Position numbers and translations under genes: made by a program
Sequence record: NC_054928.1
DNA from: Escherichia phage vB_vPM_PD112
DNA: 64,000 bases
Strand: one strand, 5' to 3'
In this document: positions 58,427 through 64,000 of the stretch, in pieces
Numbering within the stretch: position 1 is the stretch's first letter
Layout of the letters: each line of letters starts with the position of its first letter
The notes under the pieces: model-generated
Told to the model about the DNA's origin: nothing
Database searches by the model: none
Seen by the model: only the letters and a program-made list of their open reading frames with translations

Positions 58427-61400
58427 ATGGCTACTTTAAAACAAATACAATTTAAAAGAAGCAAAACTGCAGGAGCACGTCCTGCCGCTTCAGTATTAGC
58501 CGAAGGTGAATTGGCTATAAACTTAAAAGACCGCGTACTTTTTACTAAAGATGACCAAGGAAATATTATTGATCTTGGTTTTGCTAAGGGCGGTAGTATT
58601 GACGGGAATGTTATTCATATAGGAAATTATAATCAAACTGGTGATTATACTTTAAATGGCACCTTCACTCAGACAGGTAATTTTAATTTAACTGGTATTG
58701 CTCGAGTAACTCGCGATATTATTGCCGCCGGGCAGATTATGACTGAGGGCGGAGAACTTATTACAAAAAGTTCAGGTACAGCGCATGTTCGTTTTTTCGA
58801 TGGCAATAGCCGCGAACGTGGAATCATTTATGCCCCGGCTAATGATGGTTTAACTACACAAGTACTTAATATCAGGGTTCAAGATTATGCTGCAGGAAGC
58901 GAAAGCACCTATGCATTTTCAGGCAGTGGACTATTTACTTCACCTGAAGTATCAGCATGGAAATCTATTTCGTCTCCACAAATTCTAACCAACAAAGTCA
59001 TTACTAATAATAAATCTACGGGCGATTATGACATCTATTCGATGGCAGACAATGTTCCACTGTCTGAAAGCACTACTGCTATTAATCATCTACGTGTCAT
59101 GCGCAATGCAGTTGGTTCTGGTATTTTCCATGAAGTTAAAGATAATGATGGAATAACATGGTATAGTGGAAATGGATTAGACGCTTATCTTTGGTCATTT
59201 ACTTGGAGCGGCGGAATTAAATCAAGTCACTCAATTTCCATCGGTTTAACATCCGGATCTAAGGATTACTCAATATTAGGACCGTCTAGTATCGCTTTAG
59301 GAGATAATGATACTGGATTTAAATGGCATCAGGACGGATATTATTTCAGCGTTAATAATGGAACAAAAACGTTTTTATTTAGTCCTAGCGAAACAACTAG
59401 CCTAAGAAAATTTGTAGTTGGATATTCTACTAACGGAACCGATTTAACGACTCCTCCAACTGAAAACTACGCTCTTGCTACTGTCGTGACATATCACGAT
59501 AATAACGCGGTTGGAGATGGTCAAACTCTTTTAGGATATTACCAAGGCGGTAACTATCATCACTATTTCCGTGGTAAAGGTACTACAAACATTAATACTC
59601 ACGGCGGTTTGTTAGTCACTCCTGGTAATATTGACGTTATTGGTGGTTCTGTTAATATTGATGGTCGTAATAATTCTTCTACGCTGATGTTTAGAGGTAA
59701 CACAACTGGTAGCAGTTCAGTTGATAATATGACAATTTCTGTATGGGGTAATACCTTTATTAATCCTAGTGAAGGCACCCGTAAAAATGTCATGGAAATT
59801 TCTGACGCAACTAGTTGGATGAGCTATATTCAACGAACAACTGCAGGTAAAGTCGAATCGGTTATAAATGGCACCCAGATTGTTAATGAAAACTTGACAG
59901 TAGTAAAAAATGCTACATTTGACGGTACAATCAGCGCAGCCGGTGAAATCGCGACAAATGCTGTAAATGGTCTTCGCATTTGGAATGCAGATTATGGAGC
60001 CATTTTTAGACGTTCAGAAGGCAGTCTTCATATTATTCCTACAGCATTTGGCGAAGGACAGAATGGTGATATCGGCCCACTTCGTCCATTTAGTATATCT
60101 TTAGATACAGGTAAGGTTGTTATTCCTGACTTGGATTTGAGTTATGCTTCTTTTGCAGCAAACGGCTATATTAAATTCGGTGGACATGGTGCAGGTGCAG
60201 GCGGTTACGATATTCAATATGCACAAGCAGCTCCTGTTTTCCAAGAAATTGATGATGACGCGGTAAGTAAATATTATCCTATTGTTAAGCAGAAATTCTT
60301 ACAAGGAAAAGCTGTTTGGTCTTTAGGTACTGAAATTAATTCCGGGACTTTTGTTTTGCATCATTACAAAGAAGATGGTTCACAAGGCCATACGTCTCGT
60401 TTTAATCAAGACGGTACTGTTAACTTCCCAGATAACGTTTCTGTCGGCGGAGGTGAAGCTACTATTGCTCGCAATGGTAACATCTGGTCTGATATCTGGA
60501 AACCGTTTACTTCTGCTGGTGATACTACAAATATTCGTGATGCTATTGCGACTCGTGTTTCGAAAGAAGGCGATACAATGACCGGTAGGTTGACTTTATC
60601 TGCTGGAAATGATGCCCTTGTTTTAACTGCAGGCGTGGGCGCTTCATCGCACATCCGTAGTGATGTAGGTGGTACAAATAATTGGTATATAGGCAAAGGC
60701 GGCGGCGACAATGGTCTAGGTTTTTACAGTTACATTACACAAGGCGGTGTATACATAACAAATAACGGCGAAATAGCGCTTTCTCCTCAAGGTCAAGGAA
60801 CATTTAATTTTAATAGAGACCGCCTTCATATAAACGGTACACAATGGGTTGCGCATCAATCTGGCGCCTGGGGCGACCAATGGGGTTTAGAAGCTCCTAT
60901 ATTTGTAGATTTTGGATCCGTCAGCAATGACTGCTATTATCCTATTATTAAAGGAAAATCTGGTATTACTAACGAAGGATATTTTTCCGGCGTAGATTTT
61001 GGTATGCGACGCATTACTAATACCTGGGCGCAAGGTATTATTCGTGTAGGTAACCAGGAAAATGGCCATGACCCACAAGCTATCTATGAATTCCACCACA
61101 ATGGAGTTATGTATGTTCCTAACATGGTTAAAACTGGAAGATTATCAGCTGGCGGTGGTGACCCTGTATGGGGCGGCGCGTGTCTTGCTATTGGTGATAA
61201 TGATACAGGATTAGTTCATGGTGGTGATGGTCGTATTAACATGTTTGCCGATGGTGTTCATATTGCGTCATGGGGGTCTCAACGTCTGGCACATGAGGGG
61301 TTATGGGATTCATACGGTGCTTTTTGGACAGAAGTCGGTAAAGCAATTGTTTCTCATGGGCATCTCGTTCAGGCAAATGATAGCTATTCAACGTTTGTCC

Positions 61401-61753
61401 GTGATGTTTATGTCCGTTCTGATATTCGCGTTAAAAAAGACCTCGTTAAATTTGAAAATGCTTCTCAGAAGCTTTCTAAAATTAACGGTTACACTTATAT
61501 GCAGAAGCGAGGCCTAGATGAAGAAGGCAATCAGAAATGGGAACCTAACGCCGGTTTGATAGCTCAAGAAGTTCAAGCTATTTTGCCAGAATTAGTTGAA
61601 GGTGACCCTGATGGCGAAGCTTTACTTCGTTTGAACTATAACGGTGTAATTGGTTTAAATACAGCTGCAATCAATGAGCATACTGCAGAAATTGCAGAAC
61701 TTAAATCAGAAATCGAAGAACTTAAAGCATTAGTTAAATCGTTGTTAAAATAA
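58427..61753 (+). CDS. 37: Long tail fibre distal subunit gp37 (T2-type, with C-terminal intramolecular chaperone / autoprocessing domain)
   Basis: 1108 aa; conserved N-terminus [13 protein letters not shown]...; C-terminal ~110 aa ...[12 protein letters not shown]...INGYTY...GLIAQEVQ...LLRLNYNGV... resembles S74-type autocleaving chaperone domains. Confidence 0.88.
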   Translation: MATLKQIQFKRSKTAGARPAASVLAEGELAINLKDRVLFTKDDQGNIIDLGFAKGGSIDGNVIHIGNYNQTGDYTLNGTFTQTGNFNLTGIARVTRDIIAAGQIMTEGGELITKSSGTAHVRFFDGNSRERGIIYAPANDGLTTQVLNIRVQDYAAGSESTYAFSGSGLFTSPEVSAWKSISSPQILTNKVITNNKSTGDYDIYSMADNVPLSESTTAINHLRVMRNAVGSGIFHEVKDNDGITWYSGNGLDAYLWSFTWSGGIKSSHSISIGLTSGSKDYSILGPSSIALGDNDTGFKWHQDGYYFSVNNGTKTFLFSPSETTSLRKFVVGYSTNGTDLTTPPTENYALATVVTYHDNNAVGDGQTLLGYYQGGNYHHYFRGKGTTNINTHGGLLVTPGNIDVIGGSVNIDGRNNSSTLMFRGNTTGSSSVDNMTISVWGNTFINPSEGTRKNVMEISDATSWMSYIQRTTAGKVESVINGTQIVNENLTVVKNATFDGTISAAGEIATNAVNGLRIWNADYGAIFRRSEGSLHIIPTAFGEGQNGDIGPLRPFSISLDTGKVVIPDLDLSYASFAANGYIKFGGHGAGAGGYDIQYAQAAPVFQEIDDDAVSKYYPIVKQKFLQGKAVWSLGTEINSGTFVLHHYKEDGSQGHTSRFNQDGTVNFPDNVSVGGGEATIARNGNIWSDIWKPFTSAGDTTNIRDAIATRVSKEGDTMTGRLTLSAGNDALVLTAGVGASSHIRSDVGGTNNWYIGKGGGDNGLGFYSYITQGGVYITNNGEIALSPQGQGTFNFNRDRLHINGTQWVAHQSGAWGDQWGLEAPIFVDFGSVSNDCYYPIIKGKSGITNEGYFSGVDFGMRRITNTWAQGIIRVGNQENGHDPQAIYEFHHNGVMYVPNMVKTGRLSAGGGDPVWGGACLAIGDNDTGLVHGGDGRINMFADGVHIASWGSQRLAHEGLWDSYGAFWTEVGKAIVSHGHLVQANDSYSTFVRDVYVRSDIRVKKDLVKFENASQKLSKINGYTYMQKRGLDEEGNQKWEPNAGLIAQEVQAILPELVEGDPDGEALLRLNYNGVIGLNTAAINEHTAEIAELKSEIEELKALVKSLLK
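61418..61750 (+). other. Putative autoproteolytic intramolecular chaperone domain of gp37 (cleavage predicted before Ser in ...YVR|SDIRVKKDL)
   Basis: Motif pattern seen directly; domain assignment is inference. Confidence 0.55.
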
Positions 61754-61758
61754 TAAGA

Positions 61759-61772
61759 GGGGCTTCGGCCCC
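61759..61772 (+). terminator. Stem-loop GGGGC-UUCG-GCCCC between genes 37 and 38
   Basis: Same 14-mer as at 4730; followed by GGAGG SD for gene 38. Confidence 0.5.
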
Positions 61773-61784
61773 TTGGAGGTTTAT

Positions 61785-62561
61785 ATGGCAGTAGCAGGAC
61801 CGTGGGTAGGATCGTCTGCAGTAGTTAATACAGGACAAAATTGGATGGGTGGCGCGGCCCAACGATTAAGAATGGGCATTCCGTTTTGGATGAGTAATAT
61901 GATAGGTCGATCTGTTGAAATAATTCACACGCTTGGAGCAGACCATAACTTCAATGGCCAATGGTTCCGAGATAGATGTTTTGAGGCAGGTAGTGCACCT
62001 ATAGTGTTTAATATCACTGGAGATTTAGTATCATATTCTAAAGATGTTCCTTTATTCTTCATGTACGGAGATACACCGAATGAATATGTTCAACTGAATA
62101 TACATGGTGTAACGATGTATGGCCGTGGCGGTAATGGCGGTAGCAATAGTCCTGGCTCAGCTGGGGGTCATTGTATTCAAAATGATATTGGTGGGAGACT
62201 AAGAATTAATAATGGCGGAGCTATTGCTGGCGGCGGTGGCGGTGGCGGTGGCGGATATTATTCTCCTTTTTCACAAATGAGATTGACCTTTGGCGGCGGT
62301 GGCGGTCGTCCGTTCGGCGCGCCGGGCGGATCTATTGATATGCAATCAGGAGCAACTGCTGGTACTATTTCTGCACCAGGCGCTGGGTCTGTGAACGGTA
62401 TCTATAGCGGCGGGTCTGGTGGTGAAGTTGGCTCCGCAGGAGGTAGATGTAATATTCGTGGTCAAGGATATGAATACGATGGCGGTGCTGCTGGTTATGC
62501 CGTCATAGGGTCTACACCGACATGGCAAAACGTTGGAGCAATATATGGTCCAAGGGTATAA
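61785..62561 (+). CDS. 38: Receptor-recognising adhesin gp38 (T2-type, glycine-rich motifs)
   Basis: 259 aa from ATG 61785 ([13 protein letters not shown]...); poly-Gly islands ([24 protein letters not shown]) between variable segments. Confidence 0.85.
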   Translation: MAVAGPWVGSSAVVNTGQNWMGGAAQRLRMGIPFWMSNMIGRSVEIIHTLGADHNFNGQWFRDRCFEAGSAPIVFNITGDLVSYSKDVPLFFMYGDTPNEYVQLNIHGVTMYGRGGNGGSNSPGSAGGHCIQNDIGGRLRINNGGAIAGGGGGGGGGYYSPFSQMRLTFGGGGGRPFGAPGGSIDMQSGATAGTISAPGAGSVNGIYSGGSGGEVGSAGGRCNIRGQGYEYDGGAAGYAVIGSTPTWQNVGAIYGPRV

Positions 62562-62591
62562 TTTGAATAAATATCCTTAAAAGGAGGGTCT

Positions 62592-63248
62592 ATGGCAGCA
62601 CCTAGAATATCATTTTCGCCCTCTGATATTCTGTTGGGTGTTCTAGATCGCTTGTTCAAAGATAACGCTACCGGGAAAGTTCTTGCTTCCCGGGTAGCTG
62701 TCGTAATTCTTTTGTTTATGATGGCGATTGTTTGGTATAGGGGAGATAGTTTCTTTGAGTACTATAAGCAATCAAAGTATGAAACATACAGTGAAATTAT
62801 TGAAAAGGAAAGAAATGCACGCTTTGAATCTGTCGCCCTGGAACAACTCCAGATAGTTCACATATCATCTGAGGCAGACTTTAGTGCGGTGTATTCTTTC
62901 CGCCCTAAAAACTTAAACTATTTTGTTGATATTATAGCATATGAAGGAAAATTACCTTCAACAATAAGTGAAAAATCACTTGGAGGATATCCTGTTGATA
63001 AAACTATGGATGAATATGCAGTTCATTTAAATGGACGTCATTATTATTCCGACTCAAAATTTGCTTTTTTACCAACTAAAAAGCCTACTCCCGAAATAAA
63101 TTACATGTACAGTTGTCCATATTTCAATTTGGATAATATCTATGCTGGAACAATAACCATGTACTGGTATAGAAATGATCACATAAGTAATGACCGCCTT
63201 GAATCAATATGTGCTCAGGCGGCCAGAATATTAGGAAGGGCTAAATAA
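62592..63248 (+). CDS. t: Holin T (lysis inhibition-sensitive holin)
   Basis: 218 aa, MAAPRISFSPSDILLGVLDRLFKDNATGKVLASRVAVVILLFMMAIVWY... (single TM, large periplasmic domain). Confidence 0.92.
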   Translation: MAAPRISFSPSDILLGVLDRLFKDNATGKVLASRVAVVILLFMMAIVWYRGDSFFEYYKQSKYETYSEIIEKERNARFESVALEQLQIVHISSEADFSAVYSFRPKNLNYFVDIIAYEGKLPSTISEKSLGGYPVDKTMDEYAVHLNGRHYYSDSKFAFLPTKKPTPEINYMYSCPYFNLDNIYAGTITMYWYRNDHISNDRLESICAQAARILGRAK

Positions 63249-63521
63249 TTATTTGTTCGTATACATCTCTAGATATCGATATACACCCTCAAAACCCTCG
63301 TTGAATTCGTCGATGAGGGTTTTCTTATCTTCTTGGGTTAATTCAGAAACAATTTTACGGAATGAATTCTGATTTAACTTTCTACCTTCATGCGTTACTC
63401 CAATCTCATTCAGAAATGCAATAAAATTAGCACGATTCTCAACAATATCTTCTCTGGAAAATTTAATCAAAATAGACGCAACAGTAATAATTTCACGAAC
63501 TGTATCAATGTTTTTATTCAT
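63249..63521 (-). CDS. asiA: Anti-sigma70 factor AsiA
   Basis: 90 aa, MNKNIDTVREIITVASILIKFSREDIVENRANFIAFLNEIGVTHEGRKLN... Confidence 0.9.
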   Translation of the reverse strand: MNKNIDTVREIITVASILIKFSREDIVENRANFIAFLNEIGVTHEGRKLNQNSFRKIVSELTQEDKKTLIDEFNEGFEGVYRYLEMYTNK

Positions 63522-63533
63522 TAACTATACCAC

Positions 63534-63686
63534 TCAATTAGTTGACTTTATTATAATACCATCAGACACTTGATTTGTAAACTGGTCTGTGTTATTTTCT
63601 TCAAAAATTTTTTCTACGAATTCCTTGAACGACTCGCGTTCCTGAGCTACATTATGCTCGATTACCTTTTCAAGATTATGACTCAT
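63534..63686 (-). CDS. Small hypothetical protein
   Basis: ~50-aa ORF (MSHNLEKVIEHNVAQERESFKEF...) below the track cutoff; its start overlaps the arn stop. Confidence 0.35.
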   Translation of the reverse strand: MSHNLEKVIEHNVAQERESFKEFVEKIFEENNTDQFTNQVSDGIIIKSTN

Positions 63687-63961
63687 TCGAAATAATCTTC
63701 AATTTCGTAATCATGGACATAAATCATTATAGTTTTTAATACATCATCGATACTTTTTCCTGGAGCTGGAATTACGTAAAAATATCCTGCTTTTGAGAGG
63801 TCTTTATAAGTTCCAACCAAGAAATCATTATTCTCGAGATGTAGTTCTTCAACTAATTCATTAACAATTGAGTGGTATAAATTTGGTAGAAACTTATATA
63901 GCTTTTCTAGAATATCAATTTTTATTGTATATTGAACTACAGATTGAGAATCAATAATCAT
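63683..63961 (-). CDS. arn: Probable Arn (anti-restriction nuclease) homolog
   Basis: 92-aa ORF directly upstream of asiA as in T4; identity from position and size only. Confidence 0.55.
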   Translation of the reverse strand: MIIDSQSVVQYTIKIDILEKLYKFLPNLYHSIVNELVEELHLENNDFLVGTYKDLSKAGYFYVIPAPGKSIDDVLKTIMIYVHDYEIEDYFE

Positions 63962-64000
63962 AGACCTTCCCCTTATGTTTCTGTTTGCGATTAGATTCTT

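Noticed and set aside
62200-62310. GGCGGTGGCGGTGGCGG simple-sequence repeat
   Set aside because: It encodes the poly-glycine islands of the gp38 adhesin and is coding low-complexity sequence, not a regulatory or mobile repeat.

Overview
This window is a contiguous segment of a T-even (T4-like, Tevenvirinae) myovirus genome. Gene calls come from reading the translated ORFs against T4 proteins and gene order as I remember them; no searches or alignments were run. Plus-strand blocks carry gene 17 (large terminase, 5' end upstream of the window), head genes 18-24, uvsW, baseplate and tape-measure genes 51-54, and long-tail-fibre genes 34-38 plus holin t. Minus-strand blocks carry rnlB, hoc, inh, uvsY, 25, 26, and a long early/middle region (alt, 30, rIII, 31, cd, pseT, spanins, alc, rnlA, denA, nrdB, nrdA, td, frd, 32, 59, 33, dsbA, rnh), then asiA and arn. 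The most striking feature is that gene 17 is split into two ORFs exactly at the Walker-B glutamate by an atypical split intein (41-aa N-half, 107-aa C-half) with a free-standing nuclease gene between the halves; the two exteins sum to 610 aa. Other departures from canonical T4: an HNH endonuclease gene inserted between 18 and 19; short ORF-less group I introns in td (262 nt) and nrdB (304 nt); a T2-type gp37/gp38 adhesin module; a decayed duplicate of the alt 5' region ending at a repeated early-promoter stem-loop element; an extra small ORF between frd and td; and no room for T4's seg/mob genes at their usual sites. No tRNA, rRNA or CRISPR array was seen.
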